From Fuerstiella sp. (GTDB taxonomy: Bacteria; Planctomycetota; Planctomycetia; Planctomycetales; Planctomycetaceae): DNA of 64,000 nt. A model generated the notes under the pieces. That model was not told where the DNA came from. It was given only the letters and a program-made list of their open reading frames with translations, and searched no databases. Of the stretch, positions 10,039 through 18,831 are shown piece by piece. The position numbers were made by a program, and so were the translations under genes. Every line of letters begins with the position of its first letter. Position 1 is the stretch's first letter. Location of the stretch: assembly GCA_040222735.1 (NCBI GenBank), contig JAVKCM010000069.1, forward strand, positions 5,811 to 69,810. Direction: 5' to 3'.

Positions 10039-11183
10039 CTAAGTGCTTCCTCTCGAGCCCAGCGGTCAGCCAGCTGAAGTTGATCCAGCGTTGGCTGAGC
10101 GTCGAACGTGTGGTGGTTAAGAATGTCCTGTGAAATCTGCGTAATCTGGTCGAACCGAATGCCGCCGCTCAGGAAACGGTCGACCGCCACTTCATTGGCG
10201 GCATTCAGGATTGCTCCTGATGTTCCGCCCGCTCCTGCCACTTCAAAGCCCAGTTTCAGAGCAGGAAAGGCGTCGGGGTCGGGAGGATACAGGTCGATCT
10301 GTGTCGTGGCTGTCCAGTCCGTGTCCGGACCGGGGCACGGGATGCGATCCGGAAACGTCAAAGCATACTGTATTGGTAGCCTCATGTCGGGGGGAGACAT
10401 CTGCGAAATCACTGAACCATCCTGATATTCTACAAAAGAATGGATAAATGACTGCGGATGCACAACCACAGCGATCCGGTCCGGATCAACACCGAACAGC
10501 CAGCGAGCCTCAATGATTTCCAGCGCCTTGTTCATCATAGTCGCCGAATCAATGGTGATTTTTCGACCCATTTCCCACGTTGGGTGCTTCAAGGCCATCT
10601 CTGGCGTGACATCCCGCATCTGCTTTGCCGTCCAGCCCCGAAACGGTCCGCCGCTGGCCGTCAGAATAATTCGCCGCAGGTCCTCTTTTCTTCCCGCCTG
10701 AAGCGCCTGAAACACGGCACTGTGTTCACTGTCGACCGGAATGATCGTCGCACCGGTCTCGGCCGCCCGCCGCGTCATGATCGGGCCGGCAACCACCAGA
10801 CTCTCTTTATTGGCCAGCGCCACGCGTTTGCCGGCATCCACCGCGGCCCACGTCGGCGTTAACCCCGCCGCACCCACAATCGCTGAAACCACGACGTCGA
10901 CCTGAGGCGACCGGACCAAATCTTCAATCTGATCAAACCCGGCAAAAACCTGCGTTGCCGCGGTGTCCGACGCCCGTGGCAGCTGTTCTGCCGCAGCGGG
11001 ATCCGCGACCGCTACCCATTCCGGACGAAATTCGGCCATCTGCTGAGCCAGCACGTCCACTCGACGATGCGTCGTGGCCCCGATCAGGCGCAGACGACCG
11101 GGATGACTGCGGATCACATCGAGACAGTTCGTCCCGATCGATCCGGTCGAACCGAGAACGACAGTACTAAGTGGTGCAGTCAC
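10026..11183 (-). CDS. dxr: 1-deoxy-D-xylulose 5-phosphate reductoisomerase
   Basis: LGSTGSIG, LANKESLV, PVDSEHSA, LTASGGPF, HPTWEMG.KITIDSATMMNKALE, NAANEVAV motifs. Confidence 0.98.
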   Translation of the reverse strand: MTAPLSTVVLGSTGSIGTNCLDVIRSHPGRLRLIGATTHRRVDVLAQQMAEFRPEWVAVADPAAAEQLPRASDTAATQVFAGFDQIEDLVRSPQVDVVVSAIVGAAGLTPTWAAVDAGKRVALANKESLVVAGPIMTRRAAETGATIIPVDSEHSAVFQALQAGRKEDLRRIILTASGGPFRGWTAKQMRDVTPEMALKHPTWEMGRKITIDSATMMNKALEIIEARWLFGVDPDRIAVVVHPQSFIHSFVEYQDGSVISQMSPPDMRLPIQYALTFPDRIPCPGPDTDWTATTQIDLYPPDPDAFPALKLGFEVAGAGGTSGAILNAANEVAVDRFLSGGIRFDQITQISQDILNHHTFDAQPTLDQLQLADRWAREEALRWNS

Positions 11184-11369
11184 AGACTCGCCGATTGATG
11201 CACGCGGGGTGAAGTTTCCGGCAGACGTTCCCGGAATTCACCGCAACAGCCGTGCAAAGAAGGAGTTACAACGCTGAAGAGCGCCGCATGTTAGACCCCG
11301 CCGGCATTCTGAGCAAGATAGGCTGATCCGTTTCCCGCGTTGGCCAATCTCAGGCGAGTCCACGCCACT

Positions 11370-11681
11370 GGATTGTGCCTGTCCCCATTCCACCGGGCCG
11401 AAAAAAGGACGGCCGAAAAAGGGACAGGCATAAACTGAACGAATTCGGAGTCGGCGAACAGGATTGTGCCTGTCCCCTTTCCGAACAGGATTGTGCCTGT
11501 CCCCTTTCTACTCTGCGGAGCTACCGGCGTGGCCCGCAGATTGCGCAGATGGCGCAGATGCCGCAGATTGAACGCGGACGAAAAGGGACAGGCATAAGCC
11601 GAGCGAATTCGGAGACAGCGAACAGGATTGTGCCTGTCACCTTTCCAATCATGCCTGTCACCTTTCCAATCATTTCCAATC
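11370..11681. repeat. Composite REP/MITE-like element: 5 forward and 2 inverted copies of TGCCTGTC(C/A)CC, plus a 9-bp-period GCAGAT repeat
   Basis: Forward copies at about 11376, 11467, 11494, 11631 and 11652. Inverted GGGACAGGCA at 11421 and 11585. (gcgcagatN)x4 at about 11533-11568. Tandem tttccaatca tail. Confidence 0.85.
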
Positions 11682-11687
11682 ACAGGT

Positions 11688-12509
11688 TCAGGGGCGCGGT
11701 GAGCGATTCCTGCCTGAGCCGCCGCCAGCGGGGCGGGCGAGGGGCGAAATCAGCGTGCCGTCTTCGGTTTCCTGAGCCGTTTTTCCCAGCACGATGTCGA
11801 AATTCGCCGCCAGTTCTCCCAGCTTTGAATCTGGTAACGGCTGAAAGTCCACCAGTATGGTTTCTCGCGCCAGAACGTCGGTCACCTGCCGGAACACCCC
11901 GTCCCGATCGTTCTGCGGATGACCGTTGATCAGCATCTGAGTCGTCAGCACACGCTGCCCGTGATGACTGATCCCGAAGTGAATATGAGGTGTCCGCCCC
12001 GGATAGGGCACCGGCTTGATCGTTCGAAAGAAATAGCGTCCCCGGGCGTCCGTCAGAAAACGTCCGTACCCCTGAAAATTGTTGTCTCGTTTGTCCGCAT
12101 TGCCGGTGCCGGAATGCAGATAAGCACCGTTGGCATCGCATTGCCAGATTTCCACAAAAGCATTGCGGACCGGCTGTCCTGCTGCATTCAGTATCCGGCC
12201 CGACAAATAGGTGACTTCACCGATCGCAGGCGTCGTCGCATCGTTCAGCAGCAGCAGGTCGTTGTCCGTATCCAGAGGCAGTTTGTCCGGGTAGAACGGC
12301 CCCTCCGTCAGTGCCGGAGTGCGGAGCAGTTCTTCTGCAAACAATCCGGCGGTTGAAAAACAGGCCGCCGCGAACGATGCCTTCTTTATCATGTGGCGGC
12401 GGCTGAATCCGCGACCCTGCGGACGATTTTCGCGTTCGCCGCCCGCCGCCGGCACGGATCCGCCGGACGGCAGCGAGTTTGGGGTGGCGGCATTGATATT
12501 TCCGGACAT
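11688..12509 (-). CDS. Intradiol ring-cleavage dioxygenase family protein (protocatechuate 3,4-dioxygenase beta-like) with Tat signal
   Basis: TEGPFYP, VEIWQCDANGAY, PVPYPGRTPHIH (Tyr/Tyr/His/His iron ligands). FSRRHMIK twin-arginine motif. GGAG RBS upstream of ATG 12509. Confidence 0.88.
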   Translation of the reverse strand: MSGNINAATPNSLPSGGSVPAAGGERENRPQGRGFSRRHMIKKASFAAACFSTAGLFAEELLRTPALTEGPFYPDKLPLDTDNDLLLLNDATTPAIGEVTYLSGRILNAAGQPVRNAFVEIWQCDANGAYLHSGTGNADKRDNNFQGYGRFLTDARGRYFFRTIKPVPYPGRTPHIHFGISHHGQRVLTTQMLINGHPQNDRDGVFRQVTDVLARETILVDFQPLPDSKLGELAANFDIVLGKTAQETEDGTLISPLARPAGGGSGRNRSPRP

Positions 12510-12916
12510 CAGAGAGACTCCAGTCAGGGCAGGCGAAAGACGCGATACTTCGTACGTCGCAGAGTCACCTGTATTTATCTGATCCGCACGCGACAGTTTC
12601 CGGTCGAACAGCCACCGAGGCCGTACGGTTTACGGCTCAAACCCCGCCGCAGGTCTCCAGTGCCGCGGAATTGTGAATCAGAGACGTCGATGCTCACAAA
12701 TTTCCAATGACCTGTCGACATCCAGATGCGATCTGTACCGACTTCGCCCGTCGCTCAGACGTGCGGTTCCGTACCGAAAAACACTGCGGATGTGCGGAGG
12801 GTGCACAATGTGCGACCTCTTTGAACCGCCAGCAACACTGTCAGTGTCATGGTATAAGGATTGCAACACGGTCTTCCGGTAGTCCTGCAGACCGAAGACG
12901 GCGGAGAATTCTGAGC

Positions 12917-14077
12917 ATGAAGACATCGTTCCGACTGTATTTCACAGTAGTTTTAATCTTTCTGACGGCCGGATCTTCCGTGCCAATGGCCGGTGCTGCC
13001 GGACCGGTCGTACATGCGGTGATTGTCGGCGACACATCACCCGCGGCTCAGTGGGGCAAATATGTGGTCAATGTGACCATGGATACCACCAACATGTTTT
13101 CCGCCCTGACGGCAAATCTGCCGCAGGCCCGGTGTCAGGTCTATCCGTTGACGCTGGAAGAAGACGACTGGTCCACGCCGGAAAACGTGCTGGGGCAGAT
13201 TCAGGAAGTGTCTCTGCGCCCGGAAGACACATTTCTGTTTTATTTCTCGGGACATGGCGGGGCTGACGACCGCGGACATTATTTCAGACTGGCCGGGGGA
13301 AAACTCTATCGATCAGACGTTCGGGCAGCGATGCAGAAAAAAGGAGCGAGGCTGAATGTGGTGCTCAGCGACTGCTGCAACGTACGAGGAGATGGCTTCG
13401 CGTATTTTGCGCCCGGTATTGACGACCGGTCTCCCTCACGTCCGTCGCCGCTGTTCGAGTCACTATTGCTGAAGCCATCCGGCTGGGTGGATGTGAACGC
13501 CAGTTCTCCCGGAGAAGCCGCCTTCTTCAGAAAGCCCCCCCCGCCGGACGCGGATCCCTTTGCCGATCCGAAGTTGATGCCGGGGTCCCTGTTTACGTCG
13601 GAACTGACCGAGTTTTTTCAGAAGCGGAGCAATCTGTCGATCAGCTGGCATGATCTGATCCGCGTGCTGAGTGTTGATGTGCACCTTGCGTTCCGAGCGA
13701 ATTATCCGCGCGGAGCAGCGCCGGCCAAAGGTCTGCCGGCTCAGACGGGGCAACACGTGTATGCCATTGAGTATCCGGGAATGCCGGAAAAATCGGGGCC
13801 GCGCACCGGTCTGATCGTGCGAGACTATCAGGGGCGCGGAGCGCTGATTGCCACTGTGCCGGCGGATTCCCCCGGCCGCCGTGTCTACGATGTGGCGAAT
13901 CAAAAATATACCGCTCTGCAGGCCGGGCAGGTTGTTGTTGCGGCCAATGAAACCACGGTGAAGTCGGCCGCGGACCTGGTGGCAGCTGTACAGTCGTCTC
14001 CTCAATTGATGCGATTACTGGTTCAGGATGAACGTGGTGTTGCTACGCGCGAGTACCTGCTGACGCTACGCTACTGA
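12917..14077 (+). CDS. Secreted caspase-like (peptidase C14 clan) protein with C-terminal PDZ-like domain
   Basis: Signal peptide from ATG 12917 (MKTSFRLYFTVVLIFLTAG...). FLFYFSGHG (catalytic His) and VLSDCC (catalytic Cys). C-terminal RTGL.V....GRGALIATV...SPG...GQVVVAAN resembles PDZ. The 12707 start is judged an over-extension. Confidence 0.8.
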   Translation: MKTSFRLYFTVVLIFLTAGSSVPMAGAAGPVVHAVIVGDTSPAAQWGKYVVNVTMDTTNMFSALTANLPQARCQVYPLTLEEDDWSTPENVLGQIQEVSLRPEDTFLFYFSGHGGADDRGHYFRLAGGKLYRSDVRAAMQKKGARLNVVLSDCCNVRGDGFAYFAPGIDDRSPSRPSPLFESLLLKPSGWVDVNASSPGEAAFFRKPPPPDADPFADPKLMPGSLFTSELTEFFQKRSNLSISWHDLIRVLSVDVHLAFRANYPRGAAPAKGLPAQTGQHVYAIEYPGMPEKSGPRTGLIVRDYQGRGALIATVPADSPGRRVYDVANQKYTALQAGQVVVAANETTVKSAADLVAAVQSSPQLMRLLVQDERGVATREYLLTLRY

Positions 14078-14170
14078 CCAGTAGCCTGGTGGCCCCGGCC
14101 GTCCCTGAGAACGAACGGTGGTACCAGAATGATCTGCGGTAACCTTTGTCTCGTGAGAAACCCGTCAGAA

Positions 14171-16204
14171 ATGCCATCGACACGTCGCTGCCTGACGCCA
14201 TGCGTGCGGCCCCGATTTGCCCGGCTGGCGATGATGATCGTGCTGTGCCTTGCACCAGCTGCGCCAGGTCAGGACACGGCCCGGACGGCACCGCCGACGG
14301 ATCCCGCCGCCCAGATTGATTCCGATCCGCTGTTCCGGAAAAGTCGAGTGACGTTTCAGGATCTGCAGACGGCACTGGCAGACCCCGCTCGCCGTGACAA
14401 CGTGATCCAGCGGCACTTTGCCCGGGCCACGGAACTGACCGATGATCAACGCCGGGATTTGCTGCAGTCAGCCCTGAAGAATCCTTCATGGCAGGTTCGG
14501 CAGCAGGCGGTCGACAGGCTGGTACAGTCTGGCTGGCTGAAGCCCCTGGTCAGGAAACGTGTGACGGAAGCGGGCTTTCAAGCAGAGCTTGCGTTCCGGG
14601 ACGCCGCCCTGCCTGAGGCATCACGACCGCTGGCTCCGCCGGAGGTCGTCAGTCCTGAGTACATTTCTGCTCTGGTTCAGGATTTGAAGTCACCGTCCGC
14701 TCAGAAACAATTTGCGGCCGATCGTCAGCTGGAAGCACTGGGGCCGGTGGTCGTCCCGGATCTGTTGCAGGCTCTGTCGGATCCGGATCTGGCAACACCG
14801 GCTGCGGCTTTGCTCGGACGGATTGTCGTGGCCGGTGAACCGGCCGTGGTGGCAGAACACATGCCAGCCCCGGACATTCCGGTTCCCGAAGCATTCGTTG
14901 GAACGCCGATGCCGAAAGCAGTCATTGAATCACGTGAGGCACCTGAACTCGTACGCGAGGTTGACCCGTTTCAACCGACGACGGTGCGTGTCCACTTCGG
15001 GACGAATCGAGAGGTGATCAGCAGCCCGGTTTCTGCGGAACAGCACCTGAAGAACGGAGTGGCGGCGATGCTTCTGGCGCTTATTGTCAGCTGGTATATC
15101 TACCGCCGGTATCGGGGACGCCACTCGGATGCTGCGGTGCAGCAGGCGGGATGCGGTATGCTGGTGCCGGCCGGTCTGCTGGTTCTGGCCGCTGCATGGG
15201 GACTGGTGCAGCTCAACACTGGCTGGCGACAGCATTATTCTGAACATCAGGGAGCAACGTTTGGTGGTCATCGGGCACCCGGAAGTCAGATCAGCTTCGG
15301 TTACTGCGACGTGTCAATTCCGCCCACACATCAGGTCGGCGAAGTAGAACGTCCGAAGCTGGGCGCGGAAGACGAACGCGACCATGTGGTTCTGAAGCGG
15401 ACGCAGCTGCAACGCGATCAGGAATTCTTTGACGCCGTCAGAAGTCGGCTCACGACCGGCACCAACGGCCAGTGTTTTGTGTTTGTGCACGGGTTCAACG
15501 TCACCTTTGATGACGCGGCCCGCCGCACGGCTCAGATTCATTATGACCTGCGTTTTGAGGGAGTGCCGATTTTCTTCAGCTGGCCGTCGCGCGGAAGTTT
15601 TCGTCACTATTTTTCGGATCGCAATGAAATTCTGGTCAGTCGCCAGGCCATTCGGCAGTTCCTTTCTGACGTGGCAAATCGAACCTCTGCAGAGAAGATT
15701 CATGTGATTGCTCACAGCATGGGAGCAGACGCCGTATGTCAGGCGATTGCCGAACTGGACGGCGAGGGGCGGATTTTCGAACAGGTGATTCTGGCGGCCC
15801 CCGATATCGATGCGGAAGTGTTCGAATTTCAGCTGCTGCCGAAAATGAAGCCCAGGGCGCGTCGCACGACGCTGTACTGCTCCCGCAACGACCTCGCCCT
15901 GTACGCGTCGAACCGTTTCAACGACAGCCGCCGCGCCGGGGATTCCAGCGTTCAGCTGGTGCTGAGCGAAGGGCTGGATACCGTTGATGCCAGCGACATG
16001 GATACGGAACTGCTGGGCCATTCCTATTACGGCAGCTGTCAGCCGCTGATCGACGATGTACGGCAGATTCTGACAGCTAACCTGCCGCCTCCGGAACGTC
16101 AGCTGGAACCCCGGCCGATGGGCCATGTCGTTCCCGCGTGGACATTTCGACCGTGGGACCCGGACGCCAGATCCGCCGATCCGCAGGATAGTGAACGACC
16201 CTGA
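14171..16204 (+). CDS. Membrane-anchored HEAT-repeat + DUF900-type alpha/beta hydrolase
   Basis: Signal-like N-terminus. HEAT-like segments (LKNPSWQVRQQAVDRL; LEALGPVVVPDLLQALSDP). FVFVHGFN, HVIAHSMG (nucleophile), ILAAPDID, GHSYY. Two hydrophobic helices at about 15053-15222. Start could be 14129-14230. Confidence 0.82.
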   Translation: MPSTRRCLTPCVRPRFARLAMMIVLCLAPAAPGQDTARTAPPTDPAAQIDSDPLFRKSRVTFQDLQTALADPARRDNVIQRHFARATELTDDQRRDLLQSALKNPSWQVRQQAVDRLVQSGWLKPLVRKRVTEAGFQAELAFRDAALPEASRPLAPPEVVSPEYISALVQDLKSPSAQKQFAADRQLEALGPVVVPDLLQALSDPDLATPAAALLGRIVVAGEPAVVAEHMPAPDIPVPEAFVGTPMPKAVIESREAPELVREVDPFQPTTVRVHFGTNREVISSPVSAEQHLKNGVAAMLLALIVSWYIYRRYRGRHSDAAVQQAGCGMLVPAGLLVLAAAWGLVQLNTGWRQHYSEHQGATFGGHRAPGSQISFGYCDVSIPPTHQVGEVERPKLGAEDERDHVVLKRTQLQRDQEFFDAVRSRLTTGTNGQCFVFVHGFNVTFDDAARRTAQIHYDLRFEGVPIFFSWPSRGSFRHYFSDRNEILVSRQAIRQFLSDVANRTSAEKIHVIAHSMGADAVCQAIAELDGEGRIFEQVILAAPDIDAEVFEFQLLPKMKPRARRTTLYCSRNDLALYASNRFNDSRRAGDSSVQLVLSEGLDTVDASDMDTELLGHSYYGSCQPLIDDVRQILTANLPPPERQLEPRPMGHVVPAWTFRPWDPDARSADPQDSERP

Positions 16205-16288
16205 CGCTGGTCTTTGTTTTTTATTCCCGGAAGCCGATCCGCACTGCGGGCTGGCACCTTTCTTTGTTCTTTCGCCTGGAAACATTCC

Positions 16289-18397
16289 ATGCTGTCACGC
16301 ATTTTGATGGTACCACTGCTGATTTGTCTGATTTCAACCTCAGCGCAAACCTGCGCGGCGCCCGACGAATCAGAATCCGGTTATGACGTCGTGATCTACG
16401 GCGGGACCTCAGCCGGCATTGCCGCCGCTGTTCAGGTAAAGCGGATGGGGCAGAGCGTCGTGGTGATTGAACCATCGGGTCGCATTGGCGGACTCACCAC
16501 TGGCGGTCTGGGACAGACGGATATCGGAAACAAGGCGGCCATCGGCGGGGTGTCGCGTGAGTTCTATCAGCGTGTCCGAAATCACTATCAGAATGAATCC
16601 AGCTGGAAGTGGCAGCGGCAGGATCAGTATCGCAGTGCGGGCCAGAGTCGCACGGGGACTCAGGAAGACACGATGTGGACCTTTGAACCGTCTGCCGCGC
16701 TGATCGTCATGCAGAGTTTTGTGGACGAATACCGCATTCCCGTTGTTTACCGTGAACGTCTGGACCGCAGCGAACGCGGTGTGCAGAAAACCGGTTCACG
16801 GATCACGTCGATTCGGATGGAAAGCGGACGAACGTTCAGCGGTAAAGTGTTTCTGGACACGACCTACGAAGGAGACCTGCTGGGGGCGGCCGGCGTTGCC
16901 TGCACGGTCGGGCGAGAGGCCAACGCGCAGTACGACGAAACACTAAGCGGAGTCCAGACGAAGCGGGCCGTGCATCATCAGTTTGTGCCCGGCGTTGATC
17001 CTTATGTGGTGAAGGGTGATCCTTCAAGCGGTCTGCTGCCGGGAATTGACCCCGCCGGGCCGGGAACCGAGGGCCATGGAGACCGGCGCGTTCAGGCCTA
17101 CTGTTTTCGAATGTGCCTGACGGATCATCCCGACAACCGGATCCCGTTCTCAAAGCCCGATGACTACGACGAATCAAACTACGAGCTGCTGTTTCGCAAC
17201 TTCGAAGCCGGCGCGAAGAATATTCCGTGGGCCAACAGTGCCATGCCCAACCGCAAGACGGATGTGAATAACAACAAGGGGTTCAGTACCGACTTCATTG
17301 GCCAGAACTATGACTACCCGGAGGCCGGCTACGAAGAGCGGGACCGGATTATTGCTCGACACCGCAACTATCAACGAGGTCTGATGTGGACTCTGGCCTT
17401 TCATCCGCGCGTTCCGGAATTCGTCCGTCGTGAGATTTCTCGCTGGGGAACCTGCCGGGATGAATTCGAACGAACGGATGGCTGGCAGCAGCAGCTGTAT
17501 ATCCGCGAAGCGCGACGCATGATCGGCCAGTACGTCATGACGCAGCACAACTGTCAGGGCAGAATTGTCGCGGACAAACCCGTCGGACTGGCGGCCTATA
17601 CCATGGATTCTCACCATGTGCAGCGGCATGTCGGCGAGGACGGATTTGTGCACAATGAAGGCGACGTCCAGGTCGGCGGGTTCTCTCCCTACCCGATCGA
17701 CTATGGTTCTCTGGTTCCGAAAAAGCAGCAGTGCGAGAACCTGCTGGTGCCGGTATGCCTGAGTGCGACTCATATGGCCTTCGGTTCGATTCGGATGGAG
17801 CCGGTATTCATGGTGCTGGGACAGTCGGCGGCCACGGCGGCCGTCCATGCGATTCGGCAGCAGACCGCGGTGCAGGACATCAGCTACGACCTGCTGCAGG
17901 AACACCTTGTTCGCGACCGGCAGGTGCTGGAATGGACCGGTCCGAAAAGAATTGCGATTGAGGGCATTGATCCGAAGACGCTGCCGGGCATCGTTCTGGA
18001 TGACGAATCGGCGGAACGCGTCGGCTTTGATTCCGTCAGTGCTTCCATCGGCCCCTTCGTCGGCATCGGATACCGCCACGACGGTGATTCGGGCAAAGGG
18101 CTGCAGTCAGCTGTATTCCGTTTTGATGTGAAGTCGGCCGGCCGGTACGAACTGCGGATGGCCTATTCCGCCCACAGCAATCGTGCCACCAACGTGCCGG
18201 TGACGATAGCTGAGCAGGACAAATCCAGAACTGTCAGGGTGAATCAGCGTCTGAAACCTGACAAGGGAGCATTCCGGCACATCGCGGAAGTGGATGCCGC
18301 GGCCGGAGAACTGGTGATCAACGTGTCGAACAGGGATACCGACGGATATGTGCTGATCGACGCCATGCAGCTGCTGCCCGTCCCGACGCAGCCGTAA
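16289..18397 (+). CDS. FAD-dependent oxidoreductase (FAD_oxidored family) with C-terminal golvesin/xanthan-lyase-like domain
   Basis: YDVVIYGGTSAGIAAA Rossmann motif, IGGLTTGGLG, DTTYEGDL, LYIREARR, GSIRMEPVFM. C-terminal ...AYSAHSNRATNVPVTI...GYVLIDAMQLLP. Confidence 0.88.
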   Translation: MLSRILMVPLLICLISTSAQTCAAPDESESGYDVVIYGGTSAGIAAAVQVKRMGQSVVVIEPSGRIGGLTTGGLGQTDIGNKAAIGGVSREFYQRVRNHYQNESSWKWQRQDQYRSAGQSRTGTQEDTMWTFEPSAALIVMQSFVDEYRIPVVYRERLDRSERGVQKTGSRITSIRMESGRTFSGKVFLDTTYEGDLLGAAGVACTVGREANAQYDETLSGVQTKRAVHHQFVPGVDPYVVKGDPSSGLLPGIDPAGPGTEGHGDRRVQAYCFRMCLTDHPDNRIPFSKPDDYDESNYELLFRNFEAGAKNIPWANSAMPNRKTDVNNNKGFSTDFIGQNYDYPEAGYEERDRIIARHRNYQRGLMWTLAFHPRVPEFVRREISRWGTCRDEFERTDGWQQQLYIREARRMIGQYVMTQHNCQGRIVADKPVGLAAYTMDSHHVQRHVGEDGFVHNEGDVQVGGFSPYPIDYGSLVPKKQQCENLLVPVCLSATHMAFGSIRMEPVFMVLGQSAATAAVHAIRQQTAVQDISYDLLQEHLVRDRQVLEWTGPKRIAIEGIDPKTLPGIVLDDESAERVGFDSVSASIGPFVGIGYRHDGDSGKGLQSAVFRFDVKSAGRYELRMAYSAHSNRATNVPVTIAEQDKSRTVRVNQRLKPDKGAFRHIAEVDAAAGELVINVSNRDTDGYVLIDAMQLLPVPTQP

Positions 18398-18430
18398 GGA
18401 TCAAACGGAAAATTACTGTCGCGTCGAAAC

Positions 18431-18487
18431 GTGGCGCAGGCTTCCAGCCTGCGTTTTTCTGCATCGCAAGCTGGAAGCTTACGCCAC
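18431..18487. repeat. REP-like inverted doublet GTGGCGCAGGCTTCCAGCCTGCG / CGCAAGCTGGAAGCTTACGCCAC
   Basis: 23-nt arms matching at 20 of 23 positions, 11-nt spacer, GTGG foot. Lies 33 nt after the stop codon at 18397. Confidence 0.8.
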
Positions 18488-18541
18488 TTATTCTCCGCTC
18501 TGTCCTAAGCAGCATTGCAATCGTACCTCGTACATCGCCGT

Positions 18542-18683
18542 CCACCAGGGACACAAACGTACGGCGGACATTCCTGTCCGCCAGTCTGCCGAACGCAGCG
18601 CATCTCTTTTTCCACCCACCAGTTCTGCACACGTATGGCACGCCACCAGCGACACGCACGTATTGCGGACATACCTGTCCGCC
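18542..18683. repeat. Second REP-like family: GGCGGACA-TTCC-TGTCCGCC hairpins within imperfect direct repeats
   Basis: Perfect hairpin at 18563-18582 and a degenerate copy gcggacatacctgtccgcc at 18665-18683. Each is preceded by ccaccagNgacac..acgta; a third partial unit is at 18616. Confidence 0.75.
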
Positions 18684-18831
18684 GGTAAACGACCGTTCAC
18701 CGGAACAAAACCATCTGCCCCGCGGTCGCGGCCCGATGAAAAACGTTTGCGTCCGGCGGGTGCCGCGGGAACCACTGGAATTCCTGACAGCCAAAGACCA
18801 TGATGGTTCGAAACGTCAGATCGGAGTTCTC

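Noticed and set aside
11370-11681. Possible CRISPR array
   Set aside because: The repeats occur in both orientations with irregular spacing, the spacers are not unique and of constant length, and no cas genes are present.
11291-11929. ORFs 11291-11683(-) and 11375-11929(+) with KGTGTIL / KGDRH / AQMAQM repeats
   Set aside because: They are translations of the palindromic repeat element and partly overlap the dioxygenase gene; there is no protein-family signal.
12707-12916. N-terminal extension of the caspase-like ORF
   Set aside because: Cys/Arg-rich non-protein-like sequence; a clean signal peptide starts at ATG 12917.
18318-18794. ORFs 18318-18794(-) and 18488-18775(-)
   Set aside because: They contain AGWKPAP / ADRNVR peptides that are translations of the REP-like hairpins.
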